58,002 bases of DNA from contig JBBQMQ010000001.1 of the NCBI GenBank assembly GCA_038329115.1, positions 1 to 58,002 of the forward strand, written 5' to 3'. The position numbers and the translations under genes are program-made. Under the pieces are notes generated by a model, which worked only from the letters and a program-made list of their open reading frames with translations, made no database searches and had not been told where the DNA came from. Shown here piece by piece: positions 19,337 through 29,294 of the stretch (positions are counted from its first letter, which is position 1; each line of letters starts with the position of its first letter). Source of the stretch: Bacteroidales bacterium (GTDB lineage: Bacteria > Bacteroidota > Bacteroidia > Bacteroidales > Paludibacteraceae).

Positions 19337-21175
19337 ATGAAAGTTCAAACCCTATATGTTTTTTTTATACTTGCATCAATAACTAATATTGGGGCACAAA
19401 ATTCATATATGGATAGCTTTTGGAAACCGAGACTATTTACGATTCCTGTTTCAGCCGATGCATCTTCATTTACTACCGGCATAACTCCTACTTCTATCGT
19501 ATCAATAAACTTAACAGATACAGTCAATAAGGTATTACCGACAAATTTCGGAACAAATTCAAATTATAGAAGTGGAAGTAGTATTTTAAATCGCACTTCG
19601 TTATACACTCAGGCAAAATTGGGCGAATTTCGCTATCCGGCAGGAAGTGGTTCAAATACCTTTTTCTGGGATGGAAATGGTCCAACAGCTTCGAACACGC
19701 TGCTTACATCATTTAATCCTATCAATCCGGGAAGTAATGATTTTAATCCAACATTATTTCCTCAATTTCTTTCTGCAACAGGCTCACAAGCCAACGTGGT
19801 TGTAAATTACTTTTACGCTCGATATGGCAAAACTGCAACTGACAACCAAGTTGGAGCTACGAATGCTCAAAAGCGGACTGCCAGAGTTCTGCAAGCAGCT
19901 AATTATGCAGCTGGTTTTGTTCAAAAACTCAATATTGATTTGAAAGCCAAGGTCTTGAATTGGGAAGTTGGAAATGAATGTTACGGTGGTTGGGAAACCG
20001 GTTATAATGTTAATGGGTCAGTAGTTACAGGTACTGAGTATGGTCAGGATTTTGTCGTTTTTGCAGCAGCAATGAAGGCAGTCGATCCTACAATAAAAAT
20101 TGGTGCTGTGGTGTATCCTTCTAATGTAACGTGGACAAGTCAGGTATTGACTCAAGTAAAAAACGTAGCCGATTTTCTGATTGTTCACGAATATTTCACA
20201 TCTGATGCTCAGGCAACGCCAGTGAACGTGCTTTCCAGTGTGGGCGACATTAAAGCCGATATGGATACTGTTAATAACTGGGTCATAAAATACGCAGGAA
20301 AAACTAAAGGTTATTATCCAGTAGCTTTGACTGAGTATAATAGCCGTGGTTATGGTTCTACTAATATGGTGAACGGTCTGTTCATTTCATCCATATTGGG
20401 TGAAATTATTAAAAACAAGTATGCCTTTGCAACCAGTTGGGTTAATGAGTGGAATTCGCCCGGTACAATGTCACTTCTGGCCGTAAATGAAAGCTATCAG
20501 CCAGCCTATACACCTCGCCCTACCTACATGCCATATTATTTTTATGGAAAATATTTTGGAGATCAAATGGTTAATACAACCATTACAAAAGGGACTGGCA
20601 TCAATGTTTATTCATCTGTTTTCTCGGGTGGTGAAGCGGGATTGGTGATTGTAAACACGAACAGTGCAGATCAATACGTTCAACTGAATGTAAATTCAAC
20701 AAAGTATAATAACAGTTATGCTTATTGGCATGAAATGTCTGCATTGAATATTGATTCAGCGAATTATAAATTTTTTATTAACGATGTATCAGGAACTTCG
20801 TCTGGGGGTGGTCCTGACAATTATACTTCGATAAATCCACGCAAAGCTATATTTGCTAACAATTCCATTTTGAAATTAAAAAAGTATAGCGTTAATTATA
20901 TTGCTTTAACCATTCAAACCACGACTGACAATGTCAATCCATCACTAGATGATTCAAAACTGACTATTTCACCAAATCCGGCAAAAGATTTTGTGAATAT
21001 AAAAATTGACTCTGAATTACCTTCAAAGATAGAAATCACAGATATTTCAGGAAAAATGATTATATCCCTCAATAATGTAAATAAATCAGTTTCAATACCT
21101 ACGAATCAAATTGGAACAAAAGGGATTTATTTCATAAATTATAACAACAGAGTTAAGAAACTAATTATTCAATAA
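19337..21175 (+). CDS. Clan GH-A glycoside hydrolase of uncertain family (GH44/GH51/GH79-like) with T9SS CTD
   Basis: Motifs FRYPAGS, WEVGNECYG (acid/base), LIVHEY and ALTEYN (nucleophile). The CTD starts SPNPAKD. ATG 19337 is preferred because TTG 19280 lies inside the -7 element. Confidence 0.75.
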   Translation: MKVQTLYVFFILASITNIGAQNSYMDSFWKPRLFTIPVSADASSFTTGITPTSIVSINLTDTVNKVLPTNFGTNSNYRSGSSILNRTSLYTQAKLGEFRYPAGSGSNTFFWDGNGPTASNTLLTSFNPINPGSNDFNPTLFPQFLSATGSQANVVVNYFYARYGKTATDNQVGATNAQKRTARVLQAANYAAGFVQKLNIDLKAKVLNWEVGNECYGGWETGYNVNGSVVTGTEYGQDFVVFAAAMKAVDPTIKIGAVVYPSNVTWTSQVLTQVKNVADFLIVHEYFTSDAQATPVNVLSSVGDIKADMDTVNNWVIKYAGKTKGYYPVALTEYNSRGYGSTNMVNGLFISSILGEIIKNKYAFATSWVNEWNSPGTMSLLAVNESYQPAYTPRPTYMPYYFYGKYFGDQMVNTTITKGTGINVYSSVFSGGEAGLVIVNTNSADQYVQLNVNSTKYNNSYAYWHEMSALNIDSANYKFFINDVSGTSSGGGPDNYTSINPRKAIFANNSILKLKKYSVNYIALTIQTTTDNVNPSLDDSKLTISPNPAKDFVNIKIDSELPSKIEITDISGKMIISLNNVNKSVSIPTNQIGTKGIYFINYNNRVKKLIIQ

Positions 21176-21223
21176 GTAATATCATTCAATCTTAATCAAT
21201 TCTAATACGATAAAAAACAGAAC

Positions 21224-24055
21224 ATGATACAAATTAGTGTAAAGAAAAGATTTGAAAGCAAGGCTATAATTGCTATTTTTCTTTGGATAGCTATTTCGGT
21301 TATGCAGCTCAAATCACAGGAACTAAAAAGTTCGGCAATTTTACCAACTGAATCAAAATCGGGAATTACAATTCGACCTGATTCTATTTTGGCACAACGA
21401 AGTATGACACTTGTCGATCTGCTGAAAGGTCAATTGGCTGGAGTTAAAGCCAGTAGTTCAGATGGAGCTCCGGGTGCTGCGTTTGATTTTCTTATTCGTG
21501 GAATTAACTCGGTCCGTGGTGACAACCAACCATTATTTATTGTCGATGGAGTAATGCTCAATGCAGCCAACTTAGATGTAATGAATTCATGGAAAGCGCT
21601 CGATGGATTAGACTATCAATCGAACCAAAACTTGTTGGGAGGAATCAATACTGAAAATATCGCTCAGATTGAGGTTTTGAAAGATGCATCTGCCACAGCC
21701 CTTTATGGAAGCAAAGGTGGCAATGGGGTAATTATTATCAAAACTAAAGTTGGAAATCAATCAAAAATTAGCTTGAAATGGAGTTCAAACGTTGGAGTAT
21801 CCATGCTTTCTAAACGATTGGATCTATTAACCCCGGATAATTACCTGAATTATCGAAACAAATTAGGAAGTACTCTTGATGCTTCATCTTTACAATCAGC
21901 CGATTGGCAGAATTTAGCTTTTCAGAATGCTATTTCAAACAACCACAATCTGAATCTATCGGGTACGGTTAGAAACACCTCGTATTTTATTTCATTGTTT
22001 TTAAAAGACGAAGAAGGAATTGTAAAAGGAACAAATGCGCGTGGTTGGGGTTTTCAGGCTAACCTCAATCAGAATCTGAATGATAAAATCCAATTGGGAA
22101 CCCGCGTTATTTTTACGAATAATACAACTTCAATGAATCAAAGCAACTCCTATTTAGGTGCTCCCGGTTTAGTGAACCAATTAGCTGCTACACCTTATTA
22201 TGGATTAGGCGAAAATGCGATGAGCTGGGTAAATGGTTATAACGATGATGCTATTACCTGGAGTTTGAGACCAAGTATAAATTTTAAAGTGCAATTTACT
22301 CCATCCTTCAATTTGTTAATAAATGCTGGTGCCGATTATGCAAATAAAACACGTTACAGATGGATGGGACCAGAAATTGAACGCGGCTTGGTGAGTAATG
22401 CCAGAGCAGGTATAGCCGACTATACTGTTTTAAATTTTAATAGTAATATGGCATTTTCATACAATAGAATATTTGACAATAAAAATCTTGTAAGGATTAC
22501 TCTTGCAGGTGGTTATTTTGGAAACAACAACGTGGCGACAAGTATTCAGTCAACAAATTTCTTTACTTACGTGCTTGGAGCAAAAGGAATAAGCCTAGGA
22601 AGTAATATGGTAGGTCCTATTTATTCAGGGAATTCTACTTCTACTGTTTTTGCAAATACAGATGCTGCTTGGGTTTTTAAAAACTTGTTTGAGTTAAAAG
22701 GGGGTTTACGTGCCGATTATCTCGTCAACTTTGACGATAATCCGTCATATTTTCCTTATGTTCAAGGAAAATGGAATATTTCAAACCAAACTTTTTTCAA
22801 AGATTTAAATCTAAAAAATTCATTTAATAACCTTTCAATCAAAGGTGGGTACGGTGTAAGTGGAACAAATTCGGTTGATTTGTACGCTGATGCCGATAAA
22901 TATACCTTAGGTCAGAGTACGCTGTGGGTTCCATGGGAAACTAGTTTGAGCTACCGTGCAAGACTTCAGACACAAAAAAAAGAATTTAACGTTGGGGTTG
23001 AAGCCACCTTGTTAAACAACAGACTTACTCTTGGAATTAATCTTTATAAAGGTTTAGTTTCAGATGCATTTTCTGCGTATAATCTCACAAAACCGATTAG
23101 CGTTATGAATCCCGACAGCACGATTTCTATGATAACAGCCACAAAACATTTTTGGCAAAACAAAATGACATTAGATAAACAAGGATTTGAAATAAGTGCT
23201 TCCATGTCATTGATTAAAAAGAAAGATTTTGAATGGAACGCAAGTGCAAACTTCACATTTGACCGCTCAAAAGTAATGGATACTGGTTCAACGTCTTACC
23301 TAGGTTCAACTGGTGGTTTTGGTTTCAGAGGAGCACCTGTTGGCATTTTGGCTGGTGATGTTACTTATGCCACAGCTTTTGTAAATGGTAAAGCTCCGGG
23401 CGTTTTCTACGGTTACCTTACTCAAGGCATTTTAAGCACAGATCACGAAACATTAACTCCACCATTAAAAGGGCAAAGACTATATGCCGGCGACGTGAAA
23501 TATCTCGACCTGAATGGCAATGGACAATCTGATGAAGGTGATAAAGCAATTATTGGAAATCCAAATCCCGCTTTTACGTATGCATTGAATTCTGACCTTC
23601 GGTATCAAAGATGGACTGCAAAAGTGAGTTTTGATGGATCGGTAGGTAATCAGGTGTTGAATCTCAACAAACTTATGACAGATAATGTAAATGGGATGAA
23701 TAATATAAGCAACTCGGCTTACAATAATGCCTGGGTTTCGGGTGATATTGCAAATAAATCACCGAGAATCGGATCAACATCATTAAATGAAATTTCAGAT
23801 CGCTTAGTTGAAGATGGTAGTTTCTTACGTTTATCAACTTTAACTATCGGTTACGATATTCCAGTTAAGAAAATAGAATTTCTGACTGAGTTAACAGTCA
23901 ATTTAGTTGCAACAAATCTATTTGTCATTTCACCATACAGTGGCTACAATCCCGATGTAAATTCATTCTCCGGAAATTGGTCCATCAGAGGAATTGATTC
24001 AGGTTCATATCCAACAGCAAAAACAGTTTCAATCGGTTTTGTTGCTAAGTTCTAA
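21224..24055 (+). CDS. susC: SusC/RagA-family TonB-dependent transporter, short form lacking the N-terminal extension
   Basis: Plug motifs DGAPG..IRGINS...PLFIVDGV and IEVLKDASATALYGSKGGNGVIIIKTK. Also IIGNPNP, VEDGSFLRL and a C-terminal Phe. Confidence 0.9.
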   Translation: MIQISVKKRFESKAIIAIFLWIAISVMQLKSQELKSSAILPTESKSGITIRPDSILAQRSMTLVDLLKGQLAGVKASSSDGAPGAAFDFLIRGINSVRGDNQPLFIVDGVMLNAANLDVMNSWKALDGLDYQSNQNLLGGINTENIAQIEVLKDASATALYGSKGGNGVIIIKTKVGNQSKISLKWSSNVGVSMLSKRLDLLTPDNYLNYRNKLGSTLDASSLQSADWQNLAFQNAISNNHNLNLSGTVRNTSYFISLFLKDEEGIVKGTNARGWGFQANLNQNLNDKIQLGTRVIFTNNTTSMNQSNSYLGAPGLVNQLAATPYYGLGENAMSWVNGYNDDAITWSLRPSINFKVQFTPSFNLLINAGADYANKTRYRWMGPEIERGLVSNARAGIADYTVLNFNSNMAFSYNRIFDNKNLVRITLAGGYFGNNNVATSIQSTNFFTYVLGAKGISLGSNMVGPIYSGNSTSTVFANTDAAWVFKNLFELKGGLRADYLVNFDDNPSYFPYVQGKWNISNQTFFKDLNLKNSFNNLSIKGGYGVSGTNSVDLYADADKYTLGQSTLWVPWETSLSYRARLQTQKKEFNVGVEATLLNNRLTLGINLYKGLVSDAFSAYNLTKPISVMNPDSTISMITATKHFWQNKMTLDKQGFEISASMSLIKKKDFEWNASANFTFDRSKVMDTGSTSYLGSTGGFGFRGAPVGILAGDVTYATAFVNGKAPGVFYGYLTQGILSTDHETLTPPLKGQRLYAGDVKYLDLNGNGQSDEGDKAIIGNPNPAFTYALNSDLRYQRWTAKVSFDGSVGNQVLNLNKLMTDNVNGMNNISNSAYNNAWVSGDIANKSPRIGSTSLNEISDRLVEDGSFLRLSTLTIGYDIPVKKIEFLTELTVNLVATNLFVISPYSGYNPDVNSFSGNWSIRGIDSGSYPTAKTVSIGFVAKF

Positions 24056-24084
24056 AGTTGTATAAACTGATAAATTTTAAAATA

Positions 24085-27000
24085 ATGATTAAAAATAATA
24101 TGATGACTGTCAAGCATAACAAAATGAAAATTATATTCTCTCTGCTGATATTATTGATGACAGTTCAACTCTCAGCTCAAACCCGAACCATCACAGGTAC
24201 GGTGAAAGATGAAAAAGGAGAAGAACTGATCGGAGCAAACTTATTAATTAAAGGAGAAAAGACTGGGACAGTAACCGATGTGTATGGAAAATTCAGATTA
24301 GCTGTTCCAGCAAATGCAACACAAATTGTAGTTTCCTATATTGGATATATCCCTAAAACGGTATCCATTAAAGACAAAACAACGTTGAATATTGTTCTTG
24401 AGGCCGATAATAAATCATTGGATGAAGTAGTAGTAGTCGGTTATGGAAATATGCGAAAAAGTGACATCACAGGGGCTGTATCTTCCGTAAAAATTAATGA
24501 AGCTGAAACTAATTCGGCAACTTCACTGCAAAGTTTAATTGAAGGACGAGCTGCAGGTGTTCAGGTTACAACCGGTGACGCTGCTCCGGGATCAGCAATT
24601 AATATTAAAATCCGTGGTACAAGTTCATTAACCGGTTCCAGCGAACCACTATATGTTGTTGATGGTATTATTATGAATTCAACCACAGAGGACACTAAAA
24701 ATTTAGCTTCGGACGGTGGAATGGTTCAGAATTCTCAAAATGGACTAACAGGTATCAGTCCTCAGGATATTCAAAGTATGGAGATATTGAAAGATGCTTC
24801 GGCAACAGCCATTTATGGTTCAATGGGTGCAAATGGAGTGGTTCTAATTACCACTAAAAAAGGAAAATCAGAAATTCCAAAAATTCAATATGTTGGGAGT
24901 TTGTCTCAGGCAACCCTGGCAAATCCCAGAAGAATGCTTAATTTATCAGAATATCTTCAATTCGCAACTTTAATGGGCACACCAATAAATGGAGCAGGAT
25001 TGATTGAAGCAAATTGGACAGATCTTTTAACCACAAAAGCATTAAGTACGAATAATCGTTTAAACATCTCCGGAAAAACAGACAATACAAATTATTATGT
25101 GTCAGGAGGTTATATGGAAAACAATGGAATCATTAAAGGAACTGGTGTTAAACAAGCAGATTTTCGAGTTAATTTAAATCAAACAATTAGTAAAAATGTA
25201 AGTATTGGTTCAAACACAAGTTTCAACTATCTAACTACCAACATGACTACCGGCTCGGATACTAGAGCGTCTGCCAATTCAGGTTTAATCCGTTCCATGC
25301 TTGTTTTTCGTCCCTATATGACCGATGTACAAGCTTCACAAATCACTGATGATAATAATTTAGATAATACATTACCTACTGCTTGGTTGACAAAATATAG
25401 TGATACAAGTATTGAATACCGTGTTCTTTCCTCTTTATTTGTGAATGTAAAATTGAACAACTGGTTGTCAATGCGTACAACAGGAGGGCTTGATTACAGA
25501 TCCAAAACACGTAGACAGTGGTTTGGTTTACAAATTTATCAGGGAATGCAGGTAGGGGGTTATGCAGGAAATGCATCTTTGGATGTGTTGCGCTATAATC
25601 TCGATCACATGTTCAATGTTGCTTTGAAAACGGGAGCACATAAATTTACAGGTACTGTGGGTGTAACTTCAATCGGTACTTCCAATGCAAACAACACAAT
25701 AATAAATACGCGTTTTAACGGAAATACGGCTTTGCAGGTTGATGGTATGATGTACGGAACAAACCCAAGTACTCCCAATTATAACGAATACATTACGTCT
25801 ACTTTTTCTGGTTTAGCCCGCTTAATTTACAGTTATAACGACAAATATATTCTTACTTCAACTTTTCGTGCGGACGGAACAAGTAAGTTTGCTCCGGGTA
25901 ATAAATTCAGTTATTTCCCTTCATTTGCTTTGGCATATCGCGTTGATCAGGAACAGTTTATGAAGAATCAAAAAATTATTTCCAATATGAAATTCAGAGC
26001 AGGCTGGGGAATGGTTGGAAATCAGGGTGTTACTCCATATCAAACTCAAATACTATACAGCAGTAATGGCAGATTGATGGATAATGCTTTGAACAATGGA
26101 TATATAACGGGGTTAGGTTTGACAGGAATCGCAAATCCCTATTTGAAATGGGAAACTACCCAACAATATAATCTTGGACTAGATCTAGGATTTTTCAAAA
26201 ACCGTATTAATTTCACTATTGATGCCTACCAAAAACAATCGACAGATTTGCTTCAAGAAATTGATTTGCCATTGAATGCAGGTGCTGGAAGAATTTGGGT
26301 GAATAGAGGAACAATTGAAAATAAAGGTATTGAGTTTAGTACTGATATTGCAATTATTAAAACTAAAAATACCAGTTTAAACATAGGAGGAAACATATCT
26401 TTCAACAGAAATAAAATCTTAAATATAGGTTTACCTGTTGCTCCGAAAGGAATTTATAACTGGGCAGCCACTTGGGGAGCAGTGATTGGATACGATCCGC
26501 AATTTAAAGAGCCGGCTAATATTTTTATTGAAGGTTATCCTATGGGTATGTTTTTCGGACGAAAAGTGGATGGAATAGTTTCAAAAGCAGATCAGGAAGC
26601 AGATCGCAATACCCGAATTGCCAATTATCTGGCTGCCAACCCAATTGATCCAACAACACAACTACCAATTAATCCTGCATTATTGACTAATACTCAATTG
26701 GCTTCAGTAAGCGGAACTATGCCGACCTATAATAATGGTTCTACAAAAGTAATGTTATCAGCTGGTGATCCAAAATGGGTTGATATTAATGGAGATGGAA
26801 CTGTTGATCAAACCGGTGATTTAGATAAAACATTGATTGGTAATCCAAACCCTGATTTTACGTTTGGATTTACAATGGATTTTAGGTATAAAAACTTTTT
26901 TATTAATGCCGTGTTTAATGGCGTTTCCGGCAATCAAATTGTAAATGCAAACCGTATGTACGAAGAACGTGTAAATTCAAGCGGTGCTAATCCACCCAAT

Positions 27001-27354
27001 ATTACTGCAGCTGCTTTTTACGGAGCATGGAGCGAAACAAATCAAACCGGGACTTATCCTAAAATTAATCATACGGGTTACGAAGGTATTTTTTCAAGTA
27101 TGATAGTTGAGGATGGAAGTTATTTAAGATTATCGACCTTAACAACAGGGTATAACTTTAGAATTAAAGGAGGTAAACCTATTTCAAATTTGGGTTTAAG
27201 CGTAACCGGGCGCAATTTATTCTGTATAACGAAATACAAAGGATTTGACCCGGAAGTAACCTCTTTTATGAATGATTGGTCCAGAAAAGGTATTGATTTT
27301 GGTTCATATCCGAACAGCAGAACCATTATTTTAGGAGTAACCATTGATTTTTAA
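24085..27354 (+). CDS. susC: SusC/RagA-family TonB-dependent transporter, full length (start uncertain, 24058-24124)
   Basis: N-terminal ITGTVKDEKGEELIGA domain, LDEVVVVGYG, LKDASATAIYG, NPYLKWETT, EDGSYLRL and a C-terminal Phe. Confidence 0.95.
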   Translation: MIKNNMMTVKHNKMKIIFSLLILLMTVQLSAQTRTITGTVKDEKGEELIGANLLIKGEKTGTVTDVYGKFRLAVPANATQIVVSYIGYIPKTVSIKDKTTLNIVLEADNKSLDEVVVVGYGNMRKSDITGAVSSVKINEAETNSATSLQSLIEGRAAGVQVTTGDAAPGSAINIKIRGTSSLTGSSEPLYVVDGIIMNSTTEDTKNLASDGGMVQNSQNGLTGISPQDIQSMEILKDASATAIYGSMGANGVVLITTKKGKSEIPKIQYVGSLSQATLANPRRMLNLSEYLQFATLMGTPINGAGLIEANWTDLLTTKALSTNNRLNISGKTDNTNYYVSGGYMENNGIIKGTGVKQADFRVNLNQTISKNVSIGSNTSFNYLTTNMTTGSDTRASANSGLIRSMLVFRPYMTDVQASQITDDNNLDNTLPTAWLTKYSDTSIEYRVLSSLFVNVKLNNWLSMRTTGGLDYRSKTRRQWFGLQIYQGMQVGGYAGNASLDVLRYNLDHMFNVALKTGAHKFTGTVGVTSIGTSNANNTIINTRFNGNTALQVDGMMYGTNPSTPNYNEYITSTFSGLARLIYSYNDKYILTSTFRADGTSKFAPGNKFSYFPSFALAYRVDQEQFMKNQKIISNMKFRAGWGMVGNQGVTPYQTQILYSSNGRLMDNALNNGYITGLGLTGIANPYLKWETTQQYNLGLDLGFFKNRINFTIDAYQKQSTDLLQEIDLPLNAGAGRIWVNRGTIENKGIEFSTDIAIIKTKNTSLNIGGNISFNRNKILNIGLPVAPKGIYNWAATWGAVIGYDPQFKEPANIFIEGYPMGMFFGRKVDGIVSKADQEADRNTRIANYLAANPIDPTTQLPINPALLTNTQLASVSGTMPTYNNGSTKVMLSAGDPKWVDINGDGTVDQTGDLDKTLIGNPNPDFTFGFTMDFRYKNFFINAVFNGVSGNQIVNANRMYEERVNSSGANPPNITAAAFYGAWSETNQTGTYPKINHTGYEGIFSSMIVEDGSYLRLSTLTTGYNFRIKGGKPISNLGLSVTGRNLFCITKYKGFDPEVTSFMNDWSRKGIDFGSYPNSRTIILGVTIDF

Positions 27355-27367
27355 TTAATAAAGAAAT

Positions 27368-29260
27368 ATGAAAATGAAAACAAAAAATAAAATATCAGTT
27401 GTACTGCTTTCAGTTCTTGTACTTCTAAGTTCTTGTAATTTTTTGGATGAGCAGATTGTTACCAATTTAGGTAAAGATCAGGTTTTTAATACATCTTCAG
27501 GAATTGAAGCTGTTATGGTGGGATGTTATGTGAATTTCCAGGCATATAACGGTTTTGGAAATACTGAATTTGAAATGCATTTCAATTCAATAATACTCGA
27601 ATCAGGCATTGGTGCAGGAAACGTTCCGCAATACAGTATCCCTGGAACAGTCACACCGACTGAGTATCATGGACTAACTGTCTATCAAAATAACTATGGG
27701 ACTATAAACCAATTGAACAATATGATTGAGAATGTTCAAACTTCCACAGTTTCAGATAATGTCAAAAAACGATATATCGCTGAGGCCAAATTTTTACGTG
27801 CAATTTGTTATTTTGATTTGGTTCGATACTTCGGAAGAGTCCCATTACGGATTCAAAGTACTAAAACAGTAGCAGATTCGTATGCACCTAGAGCTCCCAT
27901 GGCAGATATTTACAAGCAGATATTGAGCGACTTTACCGATGCAGAAGCAGGAATGCCAACGCGTGAGCTTCAAGCGCCTGAAAGACCCAATAGAATGGCA
28001 GCAACTGCCTATAAAGCAAAGGTTTATCTTTTTCTTGCTTGTATGAAACAGGAACATTTAACTTGTTGTAAAGATAAAGAAACCATTGATCAATTTCAGA
28101 AACATTTTGTAGATACTACACTTGCAGTTATACCGATTACTCAATTATGGCAAAAATGCTTTGATAATGCAATGACAGTAAAAACTTCGGGTGTCTATGA
28201 ATTATATCCTCAGTATTCACAATTATGGAATGGAAATACACGTAACACAAAAGAGTCGATATTAGAATTGCAATATGGTTCGATTTACGGAACAAACGGT
28301 CCTAATTTTATGAATACTACAGCAAACGCTGGATCTTCTCAATTAAACGGTCTCATCAGCAATGGAAATGCCAAACGTAATTTTGCGGGAAAATCAACTT
28401 TCTGTGAGCAATGGAAGAAATATGGAAATGGTAAATATTTCATGTCTAAAAGAACTTTTGAACCGACAGACCTTACACCTGCCATGAACTCTGACAGAGA
28501 AACAGGCTGTGATCCGCGTATAAATGCAAATTACGTTTATTTTATGAGTCCACAATGGACAAATGGAGATAGAACTCAACCAACATTAGCACCCTCGTTC
28601 CCAAATTCAAGTGCTGGACAAGCTGACCGATCAATCTATTTGAGAAAATATCAAAATACAAATATTGGACGGGGTGATGTAAATTTGATCCTTTTCAGAT
28701 ATGCAGATGTACTGCTAATGTTAGCTGAGGTTGCCAATGAGTTGGATGATAAAACAACGGCTATTAATTGCGTTGAGGAAATTTTAAAGCGTTCACGGAG
28801 TGAAAATTCTGTTCCTGTTGCCTATGGTGTTAATGTGGGAAAAATACAACCAGTCTCGTGGGATTATGAAAATATGAGTAAAGATCAAATGCGATTGGCA
28901 ATAATGCAAGAACGTGAATTTGAATTATTGGGTGAATGTCAGGAATTTTTCGATGTACGTCGTAGGGGGAATGATTATTTGAAATACAGAATGGATATTT
29001 ATGACAAATGGTGGAGACGCCTTTCAGCAGGAATTGGATATTTAGACCCTCAATTTCCGGATGTTTGGGAAGGTTGGAGTATATCTACAATTGTTTCTCC
29101 AACTCAAGGTGACTATGGAGTACCTGCACCAACCGGAAGTAATTTTCAAGGAAACATTGCTTATTTAAACCCTACAAAAGCACTTTTTGCTCCAATTCCA
29201 GACAAAGAATTCAGATTGAATATAGCATTAACTGCTGATGATCAGAATATTGGTTGGTAA
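27368..29260 (+). CDS. susD: SusD/RagB-family surface lipoprotein
   Basis: Lipobox LSSC. Motifs AEAKFLRAICYFDLVRYFGRVP, FRYADVLLMLAE, EREFELLGE...FFDVRR and terminal QNIGW. Confidence 0.95.
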   Translation: MKMKTKNKISVVLLSVLVLLSSCNFLDEQIVTNLGKDQVFNTSSGIEAVMVGCYVNFQAYNGFGNTEFEMHFNSIILESGIGAGNVPQYSIPGTVTPTEYHGLTVYQNNYGTINQLNNMIENVQTSTVSDNVKKRYIAEAKFLRAICYFDLVRYFGRVPLRIQSTKTVADSYAPRAPMADIYKQILSDFTDAEAGMPTRELQAPERPNRMAATAYKAKVYLFLACMKQEHLTCCKDKETIDQFQKHFVDTTLAVIPITQLWQKCFDNAMTVKTSGVYELYPQYSQLWNGNTRNTKESILELQYGSIYGTNGPNFMNTTANAGSSQLNGLISNGNAKRNFAGKSTFCEQWKKYGNGKYFMSKRTFEPTDLTPAMNSDRETGCDPRINANYVYFMSPQWTNGDRTQPTLAPSFPNSSAGQADRSIYLRKYQNTNIGRGDVNLILFRYADVLLMLAEVANELDDKTTAINCVEEILKRSRSENSVPVAYGVNVGKIQPVSWDYENMSKDQMRLAIMQEREFELLGECQEFFDVRRRGNDYLKYRMDIYDKWWRRLSAGIGYLDPQFPDVWEGWSISTIVSPTQGDYGVPAPTGSNFQGNIAYLNPTKALFAPIPDKEFRLNIALTADDQNIGW

Positions 29261-29294
29261 AAGAACGTAATTTAAAATACTAAATTTAAGAAGG

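Noticed and set aside
23490-26830. DxNGxG loops (DLNGNG, DINGDG) as dockerin/cellulosome signatures
   Set aside because: These are standard single motifs within SusC barrels. No duplicated dockerin repeat or cohesin was seen in any protein.
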